From contig CAVXRD010000004.1 of NCBI GenBank assembly GCA_963764165.1, positions 384,001-448,000 on the forward strand: a stretch of 64,000 bases of DNA. The letters are read 5' to 3'. The DNA comes from an uncultured Verrucomicrobiae bacterium. Lineage in GTDB: Bacteria > Verrucomicrobiota > Verrucomicrobiia > Limisphaerales > Palsa-1400. This document shows positions 16,416 to 25,974 of this stretch, piece by piece (position 1 is the first letter of the stretch; each line of letters opens with the position of its first letter). The notes below the pieces were generated by a model. That model worked only from the letters and a program-made list of their open reading frames with translations. It searched no databases and was not told the DNA's origin. Both the position numbers and the translations under genes were made by a program.

Positions 16416-17360
16416 CTACGAATTCCCGATAAGGATTCCGACGAGGAAAACAAGAATCCCTCCCAATCCAACCTGCAAAATCGCGGATGACCAGGGCGTG
16501 TCCATGAACCGGTGCCGCACCCACGAAATCACTCCCAGTTCAACGCATACAACGCCCACCGCTATCCCAGTCGCGACGCGGACGTTCTGGACAAGATAAG
16601 GAAAGGTGTGTCCCAGGCCGCCCACCGTCGTCATCGCGCCGCAAACGACGCCGCGTTTCCACGGATGGCCGCGCCCGGTCAGCGAACCGTCGTCGGATAG
16701 AGCTTCAGCGAAACCCATGCTGATGCCCGCCCCAAGACTCGCGGCCAGGCCTACCAGAAACGTGGGCTCGCTGCGCCCGGTGGCCACGGCTGCCGCAAAC
16801 AGAGGCGCCAGCGTTGAAACCGAACCGTCCATCAAACCCGAAAGTCCGGGTTGGACAATTTGCAAAGCGAACATCCTTTTCTCAGTCGTGGCTTCGCTTT
16901 CAGTGTCATGTGATTCCGCCATTTGCTCGGCGGTTTGAAGGTGGCCGCGCTCCTCTTCCGCCAGATCGCCCAGCAATTGCCGAAGGGCAACATCGGTCGT
17001 CCGCCGCACGGCGGCCTCATAGAAGCGCTTCGTTTCGATTTCCATCATCGCCGCCTGTTTGCGCGCCGCTGTTAACTTGAGCGGCCGCATCCGCCAAATG
17101 GGCTGGCGTTTCACGAAGCCACGCACGTCCTCGCGGCGGATGAGCGGCATGTGCTCGCCGAAGCGCGTTTTGTAAAGCTCCAGCAGGCGATGCCGGTGGC
17201 CATCCTCCTCCCGCCGAAGCTCGCGGAATCTCTCGGCCTGTTCGGGAAAACGGTCGCTCAAGCCCTCGGCGAACTCGTCGAAAATGCGGGCGTCCTCCTC
17301 CTCCAGCGCCACCGCCAGGGCGAGTATCTCCTTTTCGTCAAGACTATGAAATGAGCGCAT
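16416..17360 (-). CDS. mbfA: Membrane-bound ferritin-like iron exporter (rubrerythrin-like + VIT1/CCC1)
   Basis: EILALAVALEEEDARI, EEDGH and EERGH di-iron motifs fused to QPGLSGLMDGSVSTLAP...EALSDDG membrane domain. Confidence 0.92.
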   Translation of the reverse strand: MRSFHSLDEKEILALAVALEEEDARIFDEFAEGLSDRFPEQAERFRELRREEDGHRHRLLELYKTRFGEHMPLIRREDVRGFVKRQPIWRMRPLKLTAARKQAAMMEIETKRFYEAAVRRTTDVALRQLLGDLAEEERGHLQTAEQMAESHDTESEATTEKRMFALQIVQPGLSGLMDGSVSTLAPLFAAAVATGRSEPTFLVGLAASLGAGISMGFAEALSDDGSLTGRGHPWKRGVVCGAMTTVGGLGHTFPYLVQNVRVATGIAVGVVCVELGVISWVRHRFMDTPWSSAILQVGLGGILVFLVGILIGNS

Positions 17361-17368
17361 AAAGAGTG

Positions 17369-18079
17369 TTAAAACTTCAGGTTCCAGTCGTCGCGCGCAT
17401 ATTTTTCCGCGATCAATCTGCCGCAGTCGGGCACGGCGTCCAGCGGGGTTTCCGCCTGCCAGATTTTTCTAAGCGCGTCTTTGACCGCGGACGCCGGCAG
17501 GCCAATATTCATGACAAAACCGCCATGCGGCCTGCCCGCCCGATAGTCTGGCTGCCGCGACGGCATATTCAAGTATCGATCCATCTTGTTGAGATCGAAT
17601 CGCAACAGGAAGGTGCCGTGAAAAAGCAAGACATGGCGTTTGCGCCGCTGCGCATTTCCAGAAAATTTGCGCCCGTCGATGGCGAGGTCGGTGCAGCCGC
17701 TGATTTCCACCGCACGCCCGCAAGCTTCCGACAAAGCCCGCTGCTGCCGTTCCATAATGTAGAGATTCGCCCCGGTGATGGTTTCGGTTCCGCGATGATT
17801 TTTCATTTCCAGAACCAGGGAATAATTGAGGCACCCCTCCCCTTGCAGGACCGTCCCGCCGCCGCTGCACCGCCGCAACACCGGAACCCGGTCAGCCTGG
17901 CACGCCGTTAAATGAACTTCCCTGGCAACTTCATTCGAAAATCCAACAACAACGAAATACTCCGGAGATTCCCAAAAACGCAGCACCTCTCCCCCGCCAC
18001 TGTCGCAGCCTTCCAGAAGCGCCTCGTCGCACGACAGATTTTCGGCGGCGCTTGGAAATGTTCTGTCGAGATATGTCAT
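17369..18079 (-). CDS. Lipoate-protein ligase A family protein (catalytic domain)
   Basis: NLSCDEALL, RRCSGGGTVL, DLAIDGRKFSGNAQ, HGTFL. Confidence 0.9.
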   Translation of the reverse strand: MTYLDRTFPSAAENLSCDEALLEGCDSGGGEVLRFWESPEYFVVVGFSNEVAREVHLTACQADRVPVLRRCSGGGTVLQGEGCLNYSLVLEMKNHRGTETITGANLYIMERQQRALSEACGRAVEISGCTDLAIDGRKFSGNAQRRKRHVLLFHGTFLLRFDLNKMDRYLNMPSRQPDYRAGRPHGGFVMNIGLPASAVKDALRKIWQAETPLDAVPDCGRLIAEKYARDDWNLKF

Positions 18080-18399
18080 CGAGCGCGCATGAAACCGCGC
18101 CAGGAAAAACCAATCCAGTCAAATCTTTCAACATAATCTGCTAAAACAGGTCGCGGACGATGCCCCTTTGGTCGGTCAATTCCGCCTTTCGAAGAAACGC
18201 ATGAGAATTGGTGAGATTTGCTGATGCGGGTTGAAACAAAAGACCCCCGTCGCTTGTTGATCGGCCTCGGTCAGAGCTTTTGCGCGGCCTCGAGGCGCAT
18301 AAATCTGCCCCACTTTCATTTTTCCAGCAGTACGCTACATTGGCTTGGGTCAAGCGTATGATTCGATTGCGCCAAGGTTTTGTTCGGTGTCCGGTGGAG

Positions 18400-20352
18400 A
18401 TGCTCCGCCGTTCTCGCTGCTTGCAGGCGTTCTTTCCGGTTTTTGTTTTTCTTGCCATTGTCCTCGGCGTTTCCGTGTCTGTGTTTGCGGATGAACAGCC
18501 AATTATCCAGACGGTGCCGTCCAAATGGATTCATCCGCGGAATTTTACAAGGCCCGCCATTGATGATGCTCCGGCCCCAGGACAGGATTTTCGATGGCTG
18601 CTTTCGGATCGCCAGATCAATCCGGCGGTGGATGAAGTCTTTTTCCACGAAACCCGCCAAGCCATCAACGCCGCGGGCGCGGATGCGTGCGCGCATATCT
18701 CCGTGAATTTCGATCCGTCCTGCCAATCACTGACCCTGCATTGGGTGCGTGTTTGGCGCGGGCTCAAGAAAATTGAGCGGCTTGATCCGGCGCGGGTCCA
18801 CGTTGGCGCCCTGGGCGCCGACGTGCCTGAGTCGCTGCTTTACCCGGGCAAGGTTGCTTACCTCGTGCTCGACGATGTGAAGCCCGGGGATATTGTTGAC
18901 TACGCTTGCAGCATTGAGGGAAGCAACCCGATGCTGGCTGGAAAGTTCGCCGCCGCTGTCCCGCTTCAATTTCAACAGCCCGTGGGGCTGGCGGTGACGC
19001 GGCTGGTCTGGCCGGCGGGCCGGCGCTTCTACATCAAAAACCATTTGACAGATCTAAAGCCCACAGTCCTGCGCGGCAGCAACAGCCTCGAATATTACTG
19101 GGCCGCGACCAACGCGCCCGCCTGGCGCGTGGAAGCTCTGACGCCCAGTTGGTATGATCCCCGCCCGTGGGTGCAGTTGAGCGAATTTCAAAAATGGCCG
19201 GAAGTGAAAGCATGGGCCATCGGGCTGTTTAATTCCACGAACGCGGCCTCGCCGGAATTGGCGCGGAAAATCTACGAGTGGAAACAGATCGTCGATCCAG
19301 AAGCTCGCGTGATTGCGGCCTTGCGTTTTGTGCAGGAGGAGATTCGCAATCTAGGGCCGGACGACGCGGCTCCCGGCCTTGCTTTGGCGACGCCTTCCGC
19401 CGCCTTCGCCCGCCGCACCGCCGACAATAAGGAGAAGGCTCTGCTTCTGGTGGCGATGCTACGCTCGCTCAAAATTGACGCCTGGCCAGTGCTGGTGAAT
19501 TCGCTGATGCGGCAGGAGCTGGCCGAGTTGCAACCTTCGTCAACACTCTTTAATCACGTCATCGTCCAGGTCACACTTAATGGTCAAACCTATTGGCTGG
19601 ATCCGAGCGCCAGCTATGAACGCGGACGGCTGGCGACGCGATCGTGGCCTAATTATGCTTGGGGCCTCGTTCTGAATCCAACGAGCACCGGGCTGACCGC
19701 CATCCCGCCCTGCCCTGTTCAAGCTCTGACGACCGTCAATGAATATGTGACGCTCGGCAAACTGAACAATCGAACCACCATCAAGGTCGTCACCGTGGCG
19801 GAAGGCGCGGATGCGGACCGGTTGCGACGGCGTTTCGCCACGACGCCGCACGACTTATTGCAGCGCGAAAAGCTCGGCGAATATGCCAGCCGCTACCCGT
19901 CCGTCCACACCACCGCCCCGCTCGATTACAGCGATGACGAAGACAAGAATCGCATCGAGACGACCGAGTCTTACGCCATCGACGGCATTTGGATGCACGT
20001 TGGCGATGAATTGAATTACCGCGCGAGGATTTTTGCGGTCAATGTTGACGACGCCCTCGTAAAGGCCGATCCCGCGCGGACGATGCCGATGGCTCTGCCG
20101 TTCCCGGTTCACCAAATCTTCCATGCGGAAATGGCCCTCTCCTCCAACCTGCCCACAGACCCGGCGAACGTGACTTACCGTGACCCGGCCTTTTTCTTCC
20201 AACGGACCTCGAGCGTTGCCGGCGCGATGTTGTATGTGAATTACGAGTATCGCTCGCTTGCCGATGCTGTCATGCCCGAGGCGCTGGCCAATTACGCTAA
20301 GGATGTGGGAGGCGCCACGGACGCGCTCGGCTACACGATTCTAGGTTTCTAG
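18400..20352 (+). CDS. DUF3857 + transglutaminase-like exported protein lacking the catalytic Cys
   Basis: Signal-like N-terminus; DDVKPGDIVDY (DUF3857); ALRFVQEEIR...RRTADNKEKALLL...FNHVIV...YWLDPS; start uncertain (ORF open from 18280). Confidence 0.85.
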   Translation: MLRRSRCLQAFFPVFVFLAIVLGVSVSVFADEQPIIQTVPSKWIHPRNFTRPAIDDAPAPGQDFRWLLSDRQINPAVDEVFFHETRQAINAAGADACAHISVNFDPSCQSLTLHWVRVWRGLKKIERLDPARVHVGALGADVPESLLYPGKVAYLVLDDVKPGDIVDYACSIEGSNPMLAGKFAAAVPLQFQQPVGLAVTRLVWPAGRRFYIKNHLTDLKPTVLRGSNSLEYYWAATNAPAWRVEALTPSWYDPRPWVQLSEFQKWPEVKAWAIGLFNSTNAASPELARKIYEWKQIVDPEARVIAALRFVQEEIRNLGPDDAAPGLALATPSAAFARRTADNKEKALLLVAMLRSLKIDAWPVLVNSLMRQELAELQPSSTLFNHVIVQVTLNGQTYWLDPSASYERGRLATRSWPNYAWGLVLNPTSTGLTAIPPCPVQALTTVNEYVTLGKLNNRTTIKVVTVAEGADADRLRRRFATTPHDLLQREKLGEYASRYPSVHTTAPLDYSDDEDKNRIETTESYAIDGIWMHVGDELNYRARIFAVNVDDALVKADPARTMPMALPFPVHQIFHAEMALSSNLPTDPANVTYRDPAFFFQRTSSVAGAMLYVNYEYRSLADAVMPEALANYAKDVGGATDALGYTILGF

Positions 20353-20403
20353 TGTCTGTCTCCTTTTCCTTGCGGAAAAACAGGACTGAATTATTGATGG
20401 ATT

Positions 20404-21099
20404 ATGACGTTGAAATCACTTTTCCCTTTTCGGCGCATGAATTGGGCTGCCGCATGCGCACTTGGAGTTTGCACGGCCGCATTTTCCGCCAGCGGGCAGG
20501 ACAAGGTTCCGCTTAATATCAAGCTGCCCGCAGCCACGTTTGTCGGCACGCCTTCCGACAAACAAGTTGATCCAGAAGTCGAAAAACCGAGCGACAAGCC
20601 GCGCCCGCTCTTGATGGTTCCGCCAGGCGTCAGCAACATCGCCCTGCACAAGACCGTCACCAGCAGCACCAACAAGAGGCTGCCGGAGGAATTGGCCAAA
20701 ATCACCGACGGCGAGAAGGAGTCCGGCGAACAAACCGACGTGCTTCTGCCGAAGGGGCCGCAATGGGTGCAGATTGATTTGGGAAGCCCGAACGAAATTT
20801 ACGCGGTGGTGATCTGGCACGGATACGACGAACCAAAAGTATACCACGGCGTGGTCGTGCAGGTCGCGGATGATGCCGCTTTTACAAAGAACGTCCGCAC
20901 TTTGTTCAATAACGACCGGAAGAATGTGGATGGCCTCGGAATTGGAACGAACCGCGAATACTTCGAATCCAATGAAGGCAAGCTTGTGGAAGGAAATGGA
21001 ACTGTCGCCCGCTACGTGCGCACTTACTCGGATGGCAGCACGGTCGCGCACTTCAACGAATACACGGAAATCGAAGTCTACGGCCGCCCGCCGAAATAA
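20404..21099 (+). CDS. Secreted discoidin/F5-8C (galactose-binding-like) domain protein
   Basis: Signal peptide ending ASG; NIALHKTVTSS, ITDG, PQWVQIDLG, ARYVR, EIEVYG. Confidence 0.8.
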   Translation: MTLKSLFPFRRMNWAAACALGVCTAAFSASGQDKVPLNIKLPAATFVGTPSDKQVDPEVEKPSDKPRPLLMVPPGVSNIALHKTVTSSTNKRLPEELAKITDGEKESGEQTDVLLPKGPQWVQIDLGSPNEIYAVVIWHGYDEPKVYHGVVVQVADDAAFTKNVRTLFNNDRKNVDGLGIGTNREYFESNEGKLVEGNGTVARYVRTYSDGSTVAHFNEYTEIEVYGRPPK

Positions 21100-21111
21100 G
21101 CGGAGCAGCAG

Positions 21112-22362
21112 TCAACCAAATTTCCTGGCAAGGCGCTCCTTGTGGTAGGCGAGCCGCTGTTCGTTTGTCATCTTGTCAAAATCGGGCGCGCCAAATCGGG
21201 AGACGGGCCTGGCGGATTTTGCGGAGGAGGCGTTTGAAGCGGGTTTTGATCCTGCCATTGATATGGTCGCGCGCGAAGCCGCAACGCTGTCGTAACTCAT
21301 CGCGAGATCGGTCAGCTCCAAATCTTTTTCCAGCGGCAGCTTGGGCTGGATTCTTTTCCCCTGCAAAACGCCGTGATAGGCGCGCACCGCTTCCTCGGGA
21401 GAAATTTTTCCATCCGTGATCAAGCGAAGCATTTCAATGAACGCCAATTGATGCTCCGCGTTGTTGATCTTGCGGCCGTACAACGCCACGCGCGCCCCGT
21501 ACTTTTGCGCGTCGTGGATGAGTTTGAACGCGTCGTAAGTCGTCCCCGCGCTTCCGCCCAGGACGCCGACGACGAGATTCGGATCGTACTGCGCCAATTC
21601 TTCCATCGCCCGCGGCCCGTGGTAAACGATCTTTAGAAACACCGGGCGGCCCGCCTCGGTGACTCCCGCCAGATTCCGCAAAATCTGGTCGTTGATGAAC
21701 TCGCCCATTTTCTCGGGGGCAATGCCGCTGGCGGTGTTGGGATCGAACACTTCGAGGAAATAGCGGAATTTTTTCCGCTCGGCTTCTTCGCGAAATTCCT
21801 TGAAAGCCAGCAGCGTGGCGCGATCCTGCTCCAAATTATTGACAAACGTGACCGAGTATAAGCCAAGATTTGCGCCGGGAATTTCCGCGCTCCGGTCGCA
21901 CTCAACTTTCCCGCATTGGATGTGGTCGATGCTCGCGCTGCGGAATGTCTCCGCCGGCTCCTTGGTGTAACAGCCGTGACGCACTACCCAAACGTCCGTT
22001 GTATCATTGGCGCGCGCGGCGGGCGTCACGTGCGAATCGCGGAACATGCCCTCCTTGATCGTCAACAATTCGTTGACATAGGCAGACATCAGCATGATGT
22101 CGACCAGCCCCTGCTGGGTGACTTCGCGGATGATGTCGAGAAATTCGGGAAGATTGCGATATCCGAATTCTTCGCGATTCCAAATCTCCGGGGAAAATTT
22201 TGCGGGATGCGCGCCTTTGCCGGCCAGATAGCCGCGCGGGCCGGGCGCGCGCACGCCGAATGCCATGTCGGCGTCCTTGGCATCGGCGATGATGAAATCT
22301 CGCGAACCCGGCTGCGCCTTGATTTTGGCGAGTTTTGTGTCAAGTGATTTGATGGCGCTCAT
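21112..22362 (-). CDS. Class I aldolase-like (DhnA/LsrF-like TIM barrel) protein
   Basis: FLKIVY (candidate Schiff-base Lys), VGVLGG and GARVALYGRKI resemble class I aldolase C-terminal motifs. Confidence 0.6.
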   Translation of the reverse strand: MSAIKSLDTKLAKIKAQPGSRDFIIADAKDADMAFGVRAPGPRGYLAGKGAHPAKFSPEIWNREEFGYRNLPEFLDIIREVTQQGLVDIMLMSAYVNELLTIKEGMFRDSHVTPAARANDTTDVWVVRHGCYTKEPAETFRSASIDHIQCGKVECDRSAEIPGANLGLYSVTFVNNLEQDRATLLAFKEFREEAERKKFRYFLEVFDPNTASGIAPEKMGEFINDQILRNLAGVTEAGRPVFLKIVYHGPRAMEELAQYDPNLVVGVLGGSAGTTYDAFKLIHDAQKYGARVALYGRKINNAEHQLAFIEMLRLITDGKISPEEAVRAYHGVLQGKRIQPKLPLEKDLELTDLAMSYDSVAASRATISMAGSKPASNASSAKSARPVSRFGAPDFDKMTNEQRLAYHKERLARKFG

Positions 22363-22392
22363 CTTAAAAACGGGTGACGCCCGGGCGCAACT

Positions 22393-22503
22393 TGCCGGAG
22401 CGCGGCTGTGTCGAAGACCAGCCGCAGCAATGCTCTAATACTCTGACGCGCCTTTCGATTCCGCCTTGCTGCGGCTGGTCTTCGACACAGCCGCGCTCCG
22501 GCA
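22393..22503. repeat. REPIN-like perfect 38-bp inverted repeat
   Basis: tgccggagcgcggctgtgtcgaagaccagccgcagcaa (22393-22430) and its exact reverse complement (22466-22503), 35-nt spacer. Confidence 0.9.
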
Positions 22504-22533
22504 CAGGCATGGCGCCACTCGCCGAAATCGCGT

Positions 22534-23580
22534 TCATCCCTTGCCAAGTTTGGCCATGATCTGCTCGGTGATGGCCTGAATCAATGCCTCAGCCTGCGAG
22601 TCGCCCGCGGAGCCGCCACTCTCAATTTGCTTGGGTGGAACGGCGCACATGACGCCGGGACGCCATTCATCGTTATTGCACAATTCGCATTCCTTGAGGC
22701 CGATGCGCGGATCAGGAATGCCGAGCGTCTGCTTGATCTTGAGCAAATCCTGCAAGTGCGTTTGCGAAAATGTTTTCAGCGGCGCGCCCAGTTGCGCCGC
22801 CACCACCACCGTGCGGCAATACGCCTCGATGATTTCCATCTTGAAATACGCGTCCTCGACACTGACATGGCTCCACGACACGACGCCGTGGTTTGCCATC
22901 AAAATGGTATTATGCTGGTCGCTCAAATCGGCCACGAGCTTGCCCATCTCCGGCGTGCCCGGCGTGCGATACGGCGCAATCGGAACTTTGCCAATGAACA
23001 CTTCAATTTCCGGAATCATGCACGTCGGCGGTTCTACGCCAGCCACCGCAAAGGCCGTCGCGTGCGGCGGATGGCAATGCACGGTCGCCACGGCGCGCGA
23101 TTGGCGCTTCATGATTTGCAGATGCATCAGAATTTCGCTGGTGCGCTTTTTGGTTCCGGCCAGCTGATTTCCGTCGAGATCCACCAGGCACATATCCTCC
23201 GGCTTCATGAAGCCTTTCGAAACCAGTGTCGGCGTGCAGAGCGCCATCCCCTCACCAACGCGAATGGCGATGTTGCCACCGTTGCCATCGACATAAGCTC
23301 GGCCCCACAATCGGCGGCCGATGTCGCAGATTTGCAATTTCAACGCGTGAATTTCCGGCGAATTGAAAAACGTCTCAATCTTCATCGAGGAAGATGAGGC
23401 AGACGGCGTTTTGACGGCGGGCGCGAACCCGTTGCCACTGGAACGCGAGCCGTTGTTTTCGAAATCGCGCACGAGGTCCCGCGCGGAGGGGGTTAGGATG
23501 GCGTCGCCTGGAATAGATTTCAGGTCGCCGCCGTTCCGCAGCATCTCCTCCACTTCCTTGGCGCTAATGATAATTCTCAT
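22534..23580 (-). CDS. Class II aldolase (FucA/RhaD-like), microcompartment signature enzyme
   Basis: GNGGNIAIR, TPTLVSKG, TSEILMH, HCHP, LMANHG; C-terminal amphipathic encapsulation peptide AEALIQAITEQIMAKL. Confidence 0.92.
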   Translation of the reverse strand: MRIIISAKEVEEMLRNGGDLKSIPGDAILTPSARDLVRDFENNGSRSSGNGFAPAVKTPSASSSSMKIETFFNSPEIHALKLQICDIGRRLWGRAYVDGNGGNIAIRVGEGMALCTPTLVSKGFMKPEDMCLVDLDGNQLAGTKKRTSEILMHLQIMKRQSRAVATVHCHPPHATAFAVAGVEPPTCMIPEIEVFIGKVPIAPYRTPGTPEMGKLVADLSDQHNTILMANHGVVSWSHVSVEDAYFKMEIIEAYCRTVVVAAQLGAPLKTFSQTHLQDLLKIKQTLGIPDPRIGLKECELCNNDEWRPGVMCAVPPKQIESGGSAGDSQAEALIQAITEQIMAKLGKG

Positions 23581-23876
23581 TTGAAAGGTGAATAAAAAAT
23601 TTCGTCGATCAATGCCGCGTTTATGGCGTCAATGGGAGTTGGTTTGTCAAAAGGCATGGCGGCCTCCCGGCCTTCGATGAAGCCGATAGTCTGTCCCACC
23701 CCGCCGCCGAGATTGTCATAAACAACAACGCTCGGTTCCTTTGTGACAGCCGCCGCGCCGGATTCGGGTTTGAAATGTTCGCGCGAACATGGGCTGACGA
23801 CCAACCATCGAGCGCCGGCGAAACCTTCCGCCGTTTTCCCCAAGGTTACCCTGCCAATGACCGTGCCCAATCTCAT
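23577..23876 (-). CDS. BMC-P pentamer shell protein (EutN/CcmL family)
   Basis: MRLGTVIGRV...VVYDNLGGGVG...EGREAA...PIDAINAALID. Confidence 0.9.
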   Translation of the reverse strand: MRLGTVIGRVTLGKTAEGFAGARWLVVSPCSREHFKPESGAAAVTKEPSVVVYDNLGGGVGQTIGFIEGREAAMPFDKPTPIDAINAALIDEIFYSPFK

Positions 23877-24151
23877 GCGTTCGTCCCTCCCTCGGGTTCA
23901 TCGACAATGCCAACGACCATCCAACGGACAGGGCTTTTCGGGTCCTTCACTGCAGCGCGCGCAGCCGAGCCATCCGAGGAAATAACAACTCGTTCGTGCA
24001 TTCCGGCGCCTTGCGCATCGATGGCGATTTGCGGCGTGCCTTCGGGTTTGCCCGCGAGATCGATTGGCTGGCAAATCACGAGCCGCCAGCCCTCGAAACT
24101 TGGATGTTTCCGGGTGGCGATCACGGTGCCTTCGATGCGGGCCAGCAACAT
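23873..24151 (-). CDS. BMC-P pentamer shell protein (EutN/CcmL family)
   Basis: MLLARIEGTVIATRKH...IAIDAQGAG...DGSAAR...VVGIVD. Confidence 0.93.
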   Translation of the reverse strand: MLLARIEGTVIATRKHPSFEGWRLVICQPIDLAGKPEGTPQIAIDAQGAGMHERVVISSDGSAARAAVKDPKSPVRWMVVGIVDEPEGGTNA

Positions 24152-24158
24152 GGTTGTT

Positions 24159-25637
24159 TTAGTAAATCCGCAAATTGTCGACCATCACGCAACGGCGCGT
24201 GCGGGTGAATGTCCTCGGGTTTGTGATGCCCTCGCCAGTGGGTGTGGCGACGGAGAAACTCAAATAGCCCTCGCCGCCGAGGCCAAGTCCCGCCATGCAC
24301 GGGCCGTTCTTGATGAACAGCGTCGTGTCCATCGCTTGCGCCATTGCCGTCATGTGTTCGACGTCGCGCGAATGGATAATCGCGGTGTGTTTGTAATTGT
24401 GCTCCGCCTTTATCGCGGCCGCGATTCCCTCCTCCACGCTCTTGACGCGCGTAATCGGGATGAACGGCATCATCTGTTCCTCGATAACGAATGGGTGATT
24501 GGCGTCCGTCTCGGCAAACAGCAATTGCGTTTTGGCCGGAAGATTTACCCCGGCTGCCTGCGCGAGAATCGACGGATCCTTGCCGATGAAATCGCGATTC
24601 ACCATCGGCTCAGGGCAACCTGCGCCATGTCCTTCCTTGAAAGTGAACGCTGCCTTGGTCAGGCGCTCCAATTGCGCAGAGTTCAAACGGACGGCGCCGT
24701 TTTGCTCCATCTCAGCCATCAATTTGTCCGCCACGCTGTCAAGAACAAACACTTCCTTCTCGCCGATGCAGAGCAAATTGTTGTCGTAGGCCGCGCCTTG
24801 AATAATCGCGCGAGCCGCGCGTTTCATGCATGCAGTGTCGTCAACCAAGACTGGAGGATTTCCCGGGCCGGCGCACACGGCGCGTTTGCCGGATTGCATT
24901 GCCGCCTTTACCACACCCGGCCCGCCGGTCACACACAGCAAGCGGATAAACTGGTTTGCGCAAAGCGCTTTGAAGGAATCCAGCGTCGGCTGTTCGATGA
25001 TGCAGCAAAGATTCTCAATTCCAATTTCGCGAGCAATCGCCTGATTGTAGGTGCGCACGGCAAGGGCCGCGCATTTCGCCGCCGAAGGATGGGCGTTGAA
25101 TACGACAGCGTTCCCCGCCGCCACCATGTTGACGATGTTGCCGCTCAGCGTCGGGATGGAATGGGTGGAGGGAGTGATGGCCCCGATGACACCGAACGGC
25201 GTGTATTCTTCCAGTGTAACACCGTGATCGCCGCTGCGCGCATCGGGATGAAGCCATTCCACGCCGGGAACCAGTTTGATGATCTGGAGCTTTTCGATTT
25301 TGTGGTCAAGCCGGCCGATTTTTGTTTCCTCCAATTCAATCCGTCCCCATTCCACCGCGTTGGCTGCGGCGAGGGTCTTGACGATATCGACAACTTTTTG
25401 CCGCGCCGCGACTCCAGCCTTTTGCAATTGAATGAAGGATGCCTGCGCCGCCTCGCACGCTTGATTTGCGTCTTGAAACACGCCGAATTTCCCACTGATG
25501 GCCACTGCCTTTCCATGGCAATTGCAATCGGCCTTGGCTGCGGGCGCGGGCGCGGCGCCGTTCTTGACTGCGCCGAGGCGGCCAAGGACTTCCTCCACGA
25601 CATCGCGAATTAATTGTTCGTTCACTGCGGCTGACAT
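24159..25637 (-). CDS. CoA-acylating aldehyde dehydrogenase (PduP/EutE type)
   Basis: PFGVIGAITPSTH, VTGGPGVV, AGPGNPP, DNNLLCIGEK, EQMMP, TPTGEG; N-terminal encapsulation peptide EQLIRDVVEEVLGRL. Confidence 0.95.
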   Translation of the reverse strand: MSAAVNEQLIRDVVEEVLGRLGAVKNGAAPAPAAKADCNCHGKAVAISGKFGVFQDANQACEAAQASFIQLQKAGVAARQKVVDIVKTLAAANAVEWGRIELEETKIGRLDHKIEKLQIIKLVPGVEWLHPDARSGDHGVTLEEYTPFGVIGAITPSTHSIPTLSGNIVNMVAAGNAVVFNAHPSAAKCAALAVRTYNQAIAREIGIENLCCIIEQPTLDSFKALCANQFIRLLCVTGGPGVVKAAMQSGKRAVCAGPGNPPVLVDDTACMKRAARAIIQGAAYDNNLLCIGEKEVFVLDSVADKLMAEMEQNGAVRLNSAQLERLTKAAFTFKEGHGAGCPEPMVNRDFIGKDPSILAQAAGVNLPAKTQLLFAETDANHPFVIEEQMMPFIPITRVKSVEEGIAAAIKAEHNYKHTAIIHSRDVEHMTAMAQAMDTTLFIKNGPCMAGLGLGGEGYLSFSVATPTGEGITNPRTFTRTRRCVMVDNLRIY

Positions 25638-25660
25638 AGGCGGTTAAATCGGTTTGGCGG

Positions 25661-25972
25661 TTACGTTTTGGCGTTGTAAATTTCTTTCCCGAGCACATCC
25701 ACGCTGTCAACAATGCCAATAATGGTCGCGTCGACGGGCGCGTCCTTGAGAAGCGGAGCGAGCTTGGCCGAGCTGCCCTGGGTGAAGATCACCATCTCGC
25801 CCACTCCGGCGCCGACGACATCGACCGCGACAATCGTATTCGTTCCCGGTCGGAACCGCGTCGGATCCTTGTCATCCACCAACTGGGGGCGCAGCAAAAG
25901 CATCTTGCGCCCATTCATGGATGGGTCTTTCTTCGTCGCGACGACGGCTCCTTCAACTCGCGCCAGGAACAT
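25661..25972 (-). CDS. BMC-P pentamer shell protein (EutN/CcmL family)
   Basis: MFLARVEGAVVATKKD...VAVDVVGAGVGE...QGSSA...PVDATIIGIVD. Confidence 0.95.
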   Translation of the reverse strand: MFLARVEGAVVATKKDPSMNGRKMLLLRPQLVDDKDPTRFRPGTNTIVAVDVVGAGVGEMVIFTQGSSAKLAPLLKDAPVDATIIGIVDSVDVLGKEIYNAKT

Positions 25973-25974
25973 AA

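Noticed and set aside
22393..22503. CRISPR repeat-spacer unit (38-nt repeat, 35-nt spacer)
   Set aside because: The repeats are inverted rather than direct, there are only two per locus, and no cas genes are present
23775..25613. 612-aa plus-strand ORF
   Set aside because: Lies antisense to the aldehyde dehydrogenase and shell genes; no recognisable domain
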